From assembly GCA_043228905.1 (NCBI GenBank), contig JBHGNT010000009.1, positions 20,150,001 to 20,214,000 on the forward strand: a stretch of 64,000 bases of DNA. Direction: 5' to 3'. Of this stretch, positions 12,981 through 25,908 are shown piece after piece; position 1 is the stretch's first letter, and every line of letters starts with the position of its first letter. The notes beneath the pieces are model-generated. The model saw only the letters and a list, made by a program, of their open reading frames with translations, did no database searches and was not told the DNA's origin. Position numbers and translations under genes: made by a program. The stretch comes from Azolla caroliniana. Lineage: Eukaryota; Plantae; Polypodiophyta.

Positions 12981-15900
12981 GTGCACCATTGTTTCGTCAA
13001 CGCCCAAGGAGCAATTCCTACGATCGACAGTACTATCGACCTTCAACTAACATTGAAGAATGAGCTTGTTGTTCTCAATGAGGTTAAGCGCTTGGCGCCA
13101 TCCTCCGTTGTTGCCCAAGTTTTGGGCAAACGGTCGAGTAGAAGGGATATTCGTCATCTTCTTCAAGCAACGTTACAAGAGAAACTCGATAAAATTACTG
13201 ATATACATATTATGGGCCGAGGTCGCTATCAATTGGAGTTTGCAGAACATTTTCCTGTTTGCAATCGCCTTATCATTCACTCGGTTGACATCTCAGGTGC
13301 ATGGGTTCTTTTTTTCCCATGGACCCACGACTTTGATGCTGTCATTTTGCAAGCGGATGCAACATGCTACTTTATATGTAATGTTGTTTTCCTAGGCCTA
13401 GATAAACAATGGAGGGAGGTTCTTCACAAAATTGGGGCAACAATTGTCGAAAAAGGAGGAGCTCCGTTTGTCAAGCTACTTTGTAAAAAGGATGCAGCTT
13501 TACCTAATTGGGATTATTCTTCTGAAGTTCCAAGGCAATATGTTTTAGAAAATTCAGAAAGTACTTTATTTCGATTTGCACAACCAGTGTTTTTCTTGTA
13601 AAAAAATTGACCATTTGGCAAAAGATTGTTCGGCGGCCCATGTCAAGCCTATTGCTATTGTGAATAATCAAGTAACAGTGTTGTCAATAAATTGTTGCCT
13701 CATGAAATTCAACTGAAAAAGGTTTTTGATACATGTTTGGATAATATGTGGAAGGGGAAAAGGGTTGACATGCTTTGCTCCAATCCCCCTCACTTTGCAT
13801 TGCCTGAATGTAGTATGGATGCTTTGCGGCGAGATGTTAGAATGTCATTTTCCGCTCCATCCATGGAGATTGTTCCAATCATTCCCCGTCACTCTGCCTT
13901 TCCTAAATGAAGTATGGACACTTTGCAGCAAGATGTAGGAATGCCGGTTTCCACTTCATCTTTGGAAATTGTTCCAGTCATTGACCCAATGCTAGAACAA
14001 GTTTTGACAAAAGTTAAATTTACATCAATTTAGAAAATGATAACCTCTTTTGAACATAACGGTCCAAAGGTAGATGGTCGATCATATTTGGTTGTTTTGC
14101 AGACGAAAACCGGGTAGTCGCCATATGTTTTTACCTTTGCAAAGGATACTATAGAAGCTCTTGGGAATAACAAAAATAGTGTTCATAAAGACCACTATGT
14201 TTTATACAAAGATTTCTGTATAGAAAAAAGAATAACAAGAGCAACAACATCTTGAGTGACAAAGAGTTTTGACATATGAGAGCTTTTCTCCCAACCAGTC
14301 TTGATATGGATTATTTTAACATTTTATCTTGGAATCTTCAAGGATTAGGTGCGAATCATTTTAATAGAGTAAAATGTTACTTGAATCAAGAACTATCTTT
14401 ATCTTCTATAGGTAGAGTTGATATGTTATGTTTTCAAGAACACCATCTTAACTCATGAAGGATGGCACCAATTCAAAATTTACTATGTGGTAGTTGGATT
14501 AATGAATGAGTCCCAGCTTTTGGACCCTTTGGTACTCAAGGTGGTCTTTGTATCGCACTTAGAACACAATGATAGTCTCATGTGCAAGCTAAAGGAGTCT
14601 TACATGGTGGTAGGGTTCAATATATGCTTATTCTTATTGTTGGAAAGTTGATTATTTTTTTGAAAGTCTATGCTCTAAATTTTGCTATTGAAAGAATTTG
14701 TTTGTGGAATATGTTATTGCAAGATCTTCCTATTGCACAACATTGGTGTATGTGTGGTGATTGGAACATTGAAAGCCCTACGAATGTATTAGGTGGTTCT
14801 TTTGTTACTATCTCGGGTTTGGAACTGCATGACTGGGAGAAACTAATTTTCAAATATGAAGTTATTGATTTGTGGCATATTCCTACTTTCTCTTGCATGC
14901 ATGATTCCTTGTTATATTCACGTTCCAATCAAAGAAGTGTTGCATTCTTTTTTTGGGGATTGTGGAGGATATGTGGGTATTGTAATTGGTACATCGTTCT
15001 CCGATTATGCTTAAATTTTGTATGGAAAACCATACTTCTATTTTCCGATTGTATGTGCCAAAGTTTATTGTTGTTGATATGACTTTGTGGAATTTAGTTT
15101 TTTCACTTTGGAGAATGATTATTGGTGTTTCTAATTGTCAAAAATTTCTCTTAAGGGTTTGTCGTTGCCCTCAATGTAGTAACAATTGTTGGATTTAGAA
15201 TTTGCTGATGATACTACAATTTATGTTCAAGGTAATGACGATAATTTAAGAAAATTACAAGTAGTAGTGGAGGAATTCTGTTTGGCCTCTAGAGCAAAGA
15301 TAAATTGGCATAAATCACTTGGTTTTTGGGTGTTGCAAAATCCATTTCCTACTTGGATGCCTTCGTAGGAATTCAAATGGGTTCTTGATGGAACCACTAT
15401 TTGTTACTTGGGTTGCCAAGTGGGATTTCATGTTAATGCGGATGTGTTAGTTGCTCCTCTACTTTTAAAGTTGGAGAAAATTGTTGCTTTGGGATTCGGT
15501 TGACTTGTCATTTGTAGGTCATTTACTTGTAGCTAACCAATATCTTCTTGCAACTATTTGGTATATTGCATGTACTACGTTGTTTGCTAGGTCATGTATT
15601 TTGCAGGTGCAACATCTTATTCACAATTACATTTGGGGAGGAAAAATAGTAGGTTGGGCAGTATTGATTGCTTCGTGACAAAATGGTGGGTTGGGGTTGG
15701 TGGATCCGAAGTCAAAATGTAAGGCTTTGTTCTCTAAATTTGTGTGTAGAGCTATGTTGCCAATGCAATGTGTCTGGAGTCAACTGATGATGCATAGGTT
15801 GTCTACTATGTGTTCGACAATAGGTGGAGTGTGACAACCTTCATTAAGGTGGGCCTTTATTCAGAATTTCCATTTGTTTAAAACAACCTTGCAAGAAGAT

Positions 15901-17360
15901 ATATTTTTTAATGGAAATCTCATAAGTTGGTCTCCCGTTTAAGGGGATGCTATGTTATGAATCACCCTTTACAATCTTTGCTGATGCACTCAGTTCAAGG
16001 ATGTGCTATTATGTGTAATGATATGCAAGTGGCATTGGGATAATTTATGGCTTCATGGTCCCCTCAAGTAATTAGATATGGTTTGGTTATTTTTCTCCTT
16101 TACAGTTTATTTTAGGAGCTAAAGCAACTAATGTTGTAGATGACGGTATGTACTTCAATGGTGATGATGATGGTAGGTTGCATGTATATTCCGCATCGGA
16201 TGTGTGGACGTCCACCAATATTTCGGCTATTCAAGTAGTTGCAAGATCGGGAAAAAAATAGTTCTTGGAACCACCCTTTCAAGAGTGCTTGTTGTATTAC
16301 TCATTGTGGGTTTTAAAAAAAAAACCTCTATGTAATTTGGGTTGGGATCCGGCTGATTATCAATGGGAAAACCCGAGTGTTGGTGAAAATAGTACTCATT
16401 TGCAGTTTTTCCAATATTTACTTCAGCTAGGTAGAAATTTGTTATTGCAATCAAACTATAAATGCCCTGCTACCATGAAGCATTGGGCTGAGAATAATGT
16501 GCATGAATTGCAACTTGCAAAATTTTGGAAATGGTTGTGGAGTATGTAGTTGCTGAAAAAAGTTATTTGTTTTTATTGGTTGTTGATTCATTATGCTCTT
16601 CCTGTTGGTGATTGGTTGAGGCAACATCAACAATATGCTTGCGGAATGCATTGTGGTGCACCTATTGAATCTATTTTGTATGTGTTTTGGTTATGTCCCA
16701 TGATCAAGTAGTTTTGGAGTAAGCTATTTTTATGGTTGAGACAACATTTTTCTCGTTCATTTTTCTCTTGGGGTGCAGTATTATGGGGTGTCCTCCATGG
16801 AGATGCTATGAGGTATGAAAGTGCGCATGCTTCTCGTGTCTTTCATGTTTCACATGGACACCTCTCTCTCACCTCATTTCCTTCTTCTATTCGACGGTTT
16901 AGAATTAAAAAACTGGTTATTTGGCGTATTATTACATCGTTAACTCTTTGGATAACATGGAAAGCGAGATGTGATTCTGTTTTCAACAATGTTCACATAC
17001 ATCCCTGCACTATGCTTATTGAATTCTAGATGTTATTTGCCCACACACTACGTGTTCAATATGATCAACTATAGGGTTTGGCTCATGTTCTGTGGCAAAG
17101 GTAAGTGGCCTTTAAGAACCAATGGCAAGGACTTCACTTATTTTCGTATACAACTTCTGGTATGAAGTGGAATTATGCCATACCTTCTTTTATGTTGCAT
17201 AGTGGATATTTATTTTTTAATACATGTTATCATCTATTTGATCAAATGCTTATACTAGCCTTTGTATTACAATAGAAGTGAGATGAAATGTCTCCTTATG
17301 TTTTCTCTATGTACAGTTTTCAAGTAATATACTAAGGTGCACCTTTCTTTAAAAGAAAAA
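12981..17360 (+). mobile_element. Degenerate L1-type LINE (ORF1 plus broken ORF2)
   Basis: ORF1-like 12981-13601 followed by a frameshifted CCHC knuckle (CFSCKKIDHLAKDC, ~13588-13630). APE endonuclease motifs ILSWNLQGLG, CFQEH, CGDWN; RT motif LEFADD (~15196); C-terminal zf-RVT-like region and LWITWKAR; A-rich end ~17352-17360. Many stops/frameshifts and a large EN-RT deletion. Confidence 0.85.
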
Positions 17361-18613
17361 ATTATATGCTTCTAGATAGTTTCTTTGAATGCTCATATAA
17401 CATTGTTGTAGCTAAGAGTTGTGGATCTGTGTGTGAGTAAAACCATCGGGGTTTTGAACTAGGAGATAGTTTGATTATTTCTATGGGGAAGAGTCAATAA
17501 GATGTTAGAAGAAAGAGTAGTTGATGCATCAATTGAGGTATTCAACTAGTATTAGTAGAATAAGGGACATTAAGACATAGTTATTTGGATAGATAGAGCT
17601 CAAGATTACGGAAACAATATTAGATTATATTAAACTTGATCCAAGTCTTATGGATGGTGCAATGGTTTGAACCTTTTACTGAAAGAAAAGATTAGAACCT
17701 TTTAGAGACACTGGTTTGAACCTAAACTTGATCTAAGTCTTATGGATGGTTCAATGGTTTGAACCATTTACTGAAAGAAAAGATTAGAACCTATGACAAC
17801 CACCTATTTCTCTATTGTTTTAGAGGAGTCTAAAATGTGTAAATCTAATCTTTTCTTTCAATAAAAGGTTATATTAAACTTTATCTAAGTCTGGCTTCCG
17901 GTAAAGAACCGAAAGAAAGAAGGAAAGAATAGACAGAAGCATGGGAAGCTCGCTTCCCACAGAAAAGCTCGACTAGAGCAACCAATACATATTGGGACAC
18001 GACTACTGGAGTTATGTAGAAGGAGCAAACGAAGTAGTGCCGGAGCTGGTACACAAGGACTTGCCGATATGAGAACAGGTAGTGAGTAGAGTGATGTATT
18101 GCCTCACGTCCTATGTGCACGATCAAATGCTCGGCTACATTAGAGATGCGAAAATGCCGAAGGAAGCTTGGGAAAATCTCAAAAAGATTTTCGCCGCCAA
18201 TACCACGGCCTGGAAGTTGCAGCTCCCACAAGAGCTCAACAACATCCAGCAAATGGACATGTCGGTCCCCGACTACACCACGAAGATAAAGGAGATCCAT
18301 GACGCACTAGGGTCCATCAACGTGACGGTGGACAAAGACAAAATGGTGTAGATTTGCCTCGGTGGTCTAGCGTAGAGGTACAAGCCAATCCGGACAACGA
18401 TATGCACCCGGGAGAAGCCACTGCCCTTCTTTGACTTGCAATCAATGCAAATGCTCGAAGAAAACCATGTGAGTGGGTCGAGGACCACTCAATCAAACAT
18501 CCAGATGTTGTACACGGAAGTGGATCAGCCCCATGGGCATGGCAGACGAGGTGGATCGGCACGCAACAGAGACGGCCGACAATCCAAGAATTAGTCTCGA
18601 TGTGACAAGTATT

Positions 18614-18706
18614 AGGAGAGATAGAGATATGCTTGTACTACCAAAACTTGAACAAATTCAAATAGAAGGATTTAACCGTTTTGTTCACGAAAAATCACTT
18701 GAAGAG
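18614..18706 (+). pseudogene. rpoB: Short plastid rpoB 5' fragment (NUPT) inside a ~330-bp insertion in copia A
   Basis: Translates RRDRDMLVLPKLEQIQIEGFNRFVHEKSLEE, which resembles the plastid RpoB N-terminal motif P-x3-QIQ(F)EGF-x-RF...L-x-EE. The segment ~18583-18912 is absent from homologous element B. Confidence 0.65.
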
Positions 18707-20475
18707 CAAAAAGTATTAGTGATGTGAGGAAGATTCTCTAGACAGATGTTACACAAAACCATCATTTTTATTCTCCAATAACGACTAGTTTTCTTCTAAG
18801 ACAGTGACACTGTAATTTGTAGGAGAGGGAGGAGGGGGAGATAAAAAAAGAACAACAAGGAGAATTTCTAATGAAATATTTGAAGATTTATCTCTCTACA
18901 ACCTTTGTCATTGCAAGAGCAGGAAAGGAGGCACAGAGGTGGTGTTGACAACAGTTCTGGATCCTCCACGAGCAGGGGGAGTCAAGGCGGAGCCGGAAAC
19001 CAGCAAGCAAAAGCCGACACAGAATGTTGGTACTATGGCAAGAAAGGCCACCGAGAGAGCGAGTGCTGCAAGAAGCGCACCGATTCAGACAAATCCGAAT
19101 CCGGCAAAGCCAAACACGGAAATCGACAACGGTCGCACTATGCCTAAGGATCGGGAACCGGAAAAACCGAAAAGGGGCCAGCCTTCGTGATGAAGCACAA
19201 GGCAAACTCAACGAAGAAGACCACTTCTGAATCGAAGGAAGTGTGGTATGTTGACTCCAAAGCATCTAACCACATGAAGAGCCACAAAAAGTGGTTCTTG
19301 TTTTTGGAAAAGCCGGAGCAACCAGGAGTTGTCGAAACTAGAGACGACACTCGGAGAAGTCCCCCTCACTCATGTCGGACAAAAGGGGAAGCTCATGAAC
19401 ATGTTACACCTCCCGAAAATTACAAAGAACCTAGTGTCGGTTGGGCAGAGCGTCGACCAAGGAATGCAAGTTCGATTCACACACCTCTGGTGTTTCATCG
19501 AGGAAGAGGGCCAGATCATTGCGCAAGGGCGCTAAGAAGGGAGGATGTTCATCCTTGACACCAATGTCATTGTCACTGCTTTGTTGGCGAAAGGAAGAAA
19601 TTCGAGTCAGATATCGACTTATGGCATAAGTGGATCGGCCACGTCAATTACCAGAGGCTTCAAGAATTGCAATCGAAACAAGTGGTATTCAGATTGCCGA
19701 AATTTAGTGACCGGAAGGCCCAAATTTATGAAGCCTGCCAGCTTGGGAAGCAACATCGACTTCCATTCCCCAACGAGAAAAAACGGAGTCAGAACAAGCT
19801 CAACTTGATACATTCGGATATATGGGGACCGGCACAAAATGTGAGTCTTGGTGGGAATTGATACTTCATCTCCTTCATCGACAACTACAACCGGCACACG
19901 TGGATCTAGCTCATTGAAAAGAAAAGCGAAGTCTTCGACTGTTTCCGAAACCTGAAAAGCCTTATCGAAAAAGAAATCGAGAGGAATATAAAGTGCATGC
20001 AGTCAAATGACGGAAAATAATACTTTTCCGGGCAGTTCAATTGTTATTTGTAGTAGATGGGAATTCAGAGAGAATTCAACTACAAATATAGACCGGAGCA
20101 AAATAGCGTAGCTGAAAGGAAGAATCAATCGATTGTGGAAGCGGCAAGGGCAACGCTAGAGGCGAAGAACATGCCCAAATTCTACTCGGCCAAAGCGACT
20201 AGAACCGCGATCTACATCCAAAACTAGATCGGGGAGAAGGTGTCAGCACACGAGCTATATTTCGGGTGGAAGCTGAACTTACGACACTTGAGGGTATTCA
20301 GTAGCATTGCCTATGTGCATGTGGCAGATGAGAAGCGAAGAAGTTGGACTCGAAGTCGAAGAAGTGCATATTGGTCCACCACTCACATGAACAAAAGGGG
20401 TATAAGTGTTATAACCCCCGAACCAAAGAAGTTCGAGTGAGTTGAGATGTCGAAATCGATGAGTAGGCATCATGG

Positions 20476-20553
20476 TGGAATGATACAGAGAAGATTAGCA
20501 TGGCCCCTACGCAAGGATGACACGCACAAATCGAGAAATGGTCCAAATTTTTT
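20476..20553 (+). pseudogene. U6: 5'-truncated U6 snRNA fragment (78 nt)
   Basis: tggaatgatacagagaagattagcatggcccctacgcaaggatgacacgcacaaatcgagaaatggtccaaatttttt matches the 3' three-quarters of plant U6 (ACAGAGA box, AGC triad, ISL, terminal U-run). It lacks the 5' stem-loop and any USE/TATA promoter. Confidence 0.93.
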
Positions 20554-20910
20554 CTCCCGTTCTTTGCATTAGTGGGCCAATTTTGGCTTTAGAAGACGTT
20601 AATATATCTTTCTTTCTTTCTTTCTATCGACTCTGACTCCAACCCCAGACAACTCCGACCACCCGATCACTGAGGATGAGGCCAGTGAACCCGACATGAT
20701 TCGGGAGGAAGAAGAAGAGGATATTGGCACTGTGGATGAGAGTCCGATTTCATTCCGGCTAAGTGGGCCAAATGAGAGACTGAGTCGGAATGGCCAGTCA
20801 AATGATGAGCCGACAAGCGGTGAAGACACGGTCGTGCATTCCCTGCACAAGGAACCAAGGAGACGGTTCACGCGCATGGAAAAAGGGAAGAAGAAGATGT
20901 TAGAATACAG

Positions 20911-21750
20911 TGTCGCGGTATTCTGTGTGTATGTGTCGGAAATGGGGTGGGACCACCGGGGTCTTAGACCAAGGAGCCGGTAAGGAGAAGAGGGAATATC
21001 CAGATCGGTTTCCGGATAACTTCGCCTGAGCACGGTCTGGGCATGTATCAGATCCAGACCAGTCTCCGGATTCCGGATGATGAGCACACGGGCTCAACAC
21101 GCGTTCTCGGTTCCAGAGCTGCGCCGGGTAGCAAATAATGAGCTCACGGGCTCACACACTTGGTATGCACACACAGGCGAGAGGGAACAGAGATAAGAAC
21201 ACGACAGAGACATAGAAGACAGAGAATCTGGAAATAAAAAGGTAGTCTATTAATCTGTACTAAGAGAATTACAACCGGACTCAGCCAGCAATAGAGCTTC
21301 GAGCTCCCCACACGCACACTTTTAGACACCTAGTGAGCCTCCGATCGGGAGCACGCGGGCTACCAATGCGAAACGGAGTCCTCACAATACAATGACAGAA
21401 AATAGAGAATAGGGGAGACGGAAATCAACAGAGCTCGGTCCGGTAGCACTCCAATTCTCCAAAAATCGTGGATCCTTTTTCAGTCTTCTCTCCCTCACTT
21501 TAGAGGAGTCGTTACATCAGGATGTTAAGACAACCACTTTTCCCTGATTCTCTCCTCGATCTCTTCCAGTCAATTGCTTTTATTCCTCCTTTTGTGTGAC
21601 CATAAAGTACCTATCAACTCACTCCTTCTAGTATTCATCAACACTCAAACTAATAATATGTTATTTACACATGTTTGTACATAAAGACAATTTCGTGTGC
21701 ATCCATTCACACACATAGTTTTCTCCTAGTAGTCAGAATCCTCCACGACA
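20911..21750 (-). mobile_element. Solo LTR (840 bp) inserted in copia A, related at one end to LTR-D and LTR-E
   Basis: Termini tgtcgcgg...ccacgaca; removing it restores copia A. Shares the accaccggggtcttagac motif near the same end with the LTRs at 38787 and 39626. TSD is degenerate. Strand inferred from that homology. Confidence 0.8.
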
Positions 21751-24105
21751 ACGACACCGACAAGGAAAAGTCAGATCAGAGCAATCCGACACCAGGAAGA
21801 ATGAAGATGGACCTTCGGAAACGAAGTTTGAGTCGGCCAAGAGGGCCTTAAAATCGGCGAACTAGAGGCTTCGCCGATCTACCCGCTAGAAGAACCCAAT
21901 GATGAGGTATGGGTACAATGAGTATATGGCTCATCATTATGCGTACATGACAAAGGTAACGGAAGTGTGTGAGCCAGAGAGCTACGCGGAAGCGGCAAAA
22001 GACGTGAATTGGTGTGCCGCTATGGAGGAAGAAATGCGAGCACATGCCAATGACACACGGGGCCTGGTTGACCCTCCGTGACACTACAAAACGATTTGCT
22101 GCAAATGGGTATACAAGGTAAAGTATAATGCCGACGGTTCGGTCAACCGGTACAAGGCCGAATTAGTGACCAAAAGATATGTGCAAACCCATGGAATTGA
22201 CTACTACGAGACCTTCGCCCCGGTGGCGAAGATGACAATAGTCTATGTGGTGCTGGCAGTCGTAGCGGCGAGGGGGTGGCATCTCCACCAGATGGACGTG
22301 AAGAATGCGTTTCTTGAAGGAGATCTTGAAGAACAAGTGTATATGATCCAACCCCTCAGATTTCAGTTAGAGATGAACAAGTTGGTAGTGTGCATCTTAC
22401 TCTACGTAGACGACTTGGTCGTCACTGGACTTGACCTCGCTGAAATCGGCCGAGTTCAAGTCCCAATTGTCGGGAGCATTTGAGATGAAGGACCTGGGGG
22501 GACCTTCACTACTTCCTCGGGATCGAAGTGATCCATACCCCCGACGACATATTGTTGTCATAGAGACACTATGTGTTGAATATGATGTTCAAGTTCGACA
22601 TGACCGATTGTTGACTAATCTCAACACCCCTTGACCGGAATCTGAAGTTGCATCCTGACTCCAGAATGGCCTGCAATGAGAATCGGTTCTGACAAATTGT
22701 TGGAAGCCTCATATACCTGACCATCACCCGACTTGACATCAGTTATCCGGTCGGAGTGATCAGTCAATACATGCAACGACCGACTATTGAGCACCTTCAG
22801 TGTGCATCGACTATAGTAACTACGATATGTAAGTGGCACTAAGGATTGGGGACTGTTGTATCGACACAGTATAACTGAACAATTAATCGGTTATACAGAT
22901 GTCGACTGGGCTAGTGATGCGTCAGATCGTCGATCAACATCCGACTTCATGTTTTCTCTTGGTAGCGCGGCTATTGCGTTGAGCAGCAAGAAGCAACCAA
23001 CAATGGCTCTGTTGAGCACTAAGGCTGAGTACTGAGGAGCCATTGTCGAGACATGTGAAGCCATATGGCTTCAGAGGCTCTTGCAAGACTTATGGATCGA
23101 AGTTTCGACTCCAATCCCGATTATTGTGACAATATCAATAGCATGTCGCTGGCCAAGAACCCTGTGTTCCATGCTTGCACAAAGCACATTGAGGTGCATT
23201 ATCACTTTGTGCACGAGCAAGTCTTGAGCGGTGAAGTCAAACTCCGGTATGTTCGAATCGATCAGCAGGTTGCCGACATCTTCACCAAGCCACTCAGATC
23301 GGACAAGTTGCAACACTTTTCGGAGATGCTTGGGCTACAACATCTCAACGTGTCACACTTGAGGTGGAGAACCAGAATAGGAATCGGGAGAATAGGTAAA
23401 GGCACCAGAGAAGCAATTGGAGAGGAATCTGAGTCATTTGAAGAAGTCGGCACATCCGATAAAGTCGGAACAAGCGGTGCCAACGGCGATAGAGTGAAGA
23501 AGGACAATGCCGACTGAAAGATGAAGGCCAAGACCTGGACATGGTTTGATGTGGTGAAGGGCCTGAAGGATGAAGATGAATTGGAGACAACAAATTTGGA
23601 CAAGAGCGGGAACGAATCAGAGGCAACCGATTCGGTTGAGTGGTTCGATTCAGGCTAGCCGAATCAAGTGAAGGCCGGATGAGAGGGCAGCGAAAATCAA
23701 CGCTAACATGGAGGAACTGATGGGTCGAGAAGTTCCAGAGTCATAGGAGCGAAGGAGTTGAGATGGTCGTGATGAGCAGACAAGACGACCGAGAAGGTCA
23801 AGGAGCGCGAAACCGGATGGGTCATGGAAAGGGGAATCGTACGGGTCGAGGAGCACGAGCAAGGTGTGAAGACACCAGGAGAAGCCGGAGGCAAGGACCG
23901 ACAAGGACTGCCACTACGATTAGACTCAAGTCGAGCTTGAGGGGGAGCGTTGGGCGGACAAGCTCAACATGGGCCGGATCAGGTGGATAAGCCGAGAGTT
24001 GGATCGGATGAAGACCGATCGGTAAGGCTCCGGATTGTAGATACAGATCAGATTCCGAAACGAGGAGCCAGATCGGAGAGTCGGATCAGTGTCCAGATTA
24101 GAGTG

Positions 24106-25908
24106 GCTCAACAAAAGCATATGATGCATATTGGTAAGTGAGATCTCCTATAGTAGCAATTGGGAACTTTTAGAATCTCTAAAAAATTTTGCCTTCAAAA
24201 TATCAAAGGTTGATCCATCATTGTATATAAAGAAGATGAATGATTGCATTGTTGTTATTTTGACTTATGTAGATGATTTAATCATCGGAGGTGATTCTAT
24301 GGATGAAATAATAAGCTGAAGAAAAATTTGGAAATGCAATTTTATATGAAGGATTTGGGAAAGTTGAGATACTTTCTTGGTATTGAGATGATCATATTTG
24401 AAAGTGGTATATATATGTTGCAAAAATAGTATGCAACAACTATGTTGAAGAAGTATGGTATGCTTGGATGCAAACCGATTGATGTACCACTGGATAAGAA
24501 CTGCAAATTGAGGGCTGATTTGGGAGCCAAAATAGAAGATGTAAACATGTACATGTCTATGGTGGGCAACCTCATATATTTGACTATAACAAGACCTGAT
24601 TTGAGTTATGTTATTGGATTAGTCAGCCCGTTTATGCAACAACCAAGAAAGCCACATTTGGAATGCATTAGAAGAATCTTGAGGTATGTAAAAGATACTC
24701 AGAACTATGGACCATTTTACATGGCTGATCTGGACATAAAGTTGGAAGGATATATAGATGTTGATTGGGTTGGAAGCCAAACTGATAGAAGATCCATAAG
24801 TGGATATATGTTTACATTGGGAAGTGCAACTATTTCATGGAGTAGCAAGAAACAAGCTACTGTTGTGTTATCAAGTACTGAAGCTGAATATAGAGGAGTT
24901 GCAATAGCCACTTGTGAAGAGGTATGGATCAGAAGATTGCTTGCTGATTTGGGAGAGTATACAAATGGTGTAGTCACAATTTGGTGTGACAATATGAGTA
25001 GCATTCAACTTGCAAAAAACTCAGTGTTCCATGCAAGAACAAAGCACATTGAAGTGCATTATCACTTTGTCAGAGAGAAAGTGATTGATGGAGAAGTAGA
25101 TCTATTGTATGTAAACACAAATCAGCAAGTCACTGATATTCTTATCAAGGGACTGAGCATAGAAAAACATACACAGTTTCGGGACATGATGGGAGTTATA
25201 ACCATTGGTATGATAGCTAAAAAGCATGAAGGAAAGAAGATTGAAGATGATCTCAAGAAAGGATAAGTTGAGCTTGAGGGGGAGTGTTGAGAAACAAGCT
25301 CAACAAAAGCATATGATGCATATTGGTAAGTGAGATCTCCTATAGTAGCTATTGGGAAATTAGCTACTATTAGGCATGTAGGTAAAACATCTATTTAGCT
25401 AGTCACAACTAATTAGCTACTCACAGCTAATTAGTGGAATATGTAAGTCACTTATAACTTAGGTAAAAAAGTTAGAGTGAGGTGTAATGAGACTAGTTGT
25501 AAGAGAAGAAGAAAACAGACGACAGAGGTTTCACCCTGTGTAATGAAATAGAAGCTTTTGGTTTTGCTACAGAGGTAAGTCTCCTTCCCCCTTCCTTTTC
25601 TATTTTGAGCACACCAAACGATCCAACACATCACGATCCGCTGTGCTTTAAGAAGAGCTGGAGTGCCTTCGTAACACTTGTTAGTACTTCAGTCAGTCCT
25701 TTTAAGGACTTGTATAAAAGTGCTCTCTAAGCACATTCAATGTATAGAGTGTTGAGTGTTATTTTGAATATAGTCTTTGTGTGTGTTCTGCTCTCTCTCT
25801 CTCTCTCTCTCCCACGTACCCTCTGTGTGTTTCGAAGCTTTCCATATTCTCTGTTGTTATCCGGTTGAGCTGGTTGTGTCTAAGAGCTTCTGCACGTAAT
25901 TCTTTTCA
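24106..25908 (+). mobile_element. Truncated Ty1/copia element 'C': LTR fragment, RT end, RNase H, PPT, 3' LTR (~25285-25908)
   Basis: ORFs 24131-24319 (LTYVDD) and 24442-25266 (TRPDLSY, SSTEAEY, RTKHIEVHYHFVRE). PPT ttgagggggag then tgttgag at 25285. Right LTR boundary (ttca) is approximate. Confidence 0.85.

Larger units (their letters stand above)
17893..24105 (+). mobile_element. Degenerate Ty1/copia element 'A' (5' LTR lost, 3' LTR truncated), same family as element B, with three internal insertions
   Basis: gag (EAWENLKKIF), CCHC knuckle, protease WYVDS, integrase [25 protein letters not shown], RNase H HIEVHYHFV. PPT gagcttgagggggag at ~23933-23947, then an LTR start. Colinear with the reverse complement of 33317-38786. 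Confidence 0.9.

Noticed and set aside
20476-20553. Functional U6 snRNA gene
   Set aside because: Lacks the 5' ~26 nt and the upstream USE/TATA promoter; has CpG-type decay.
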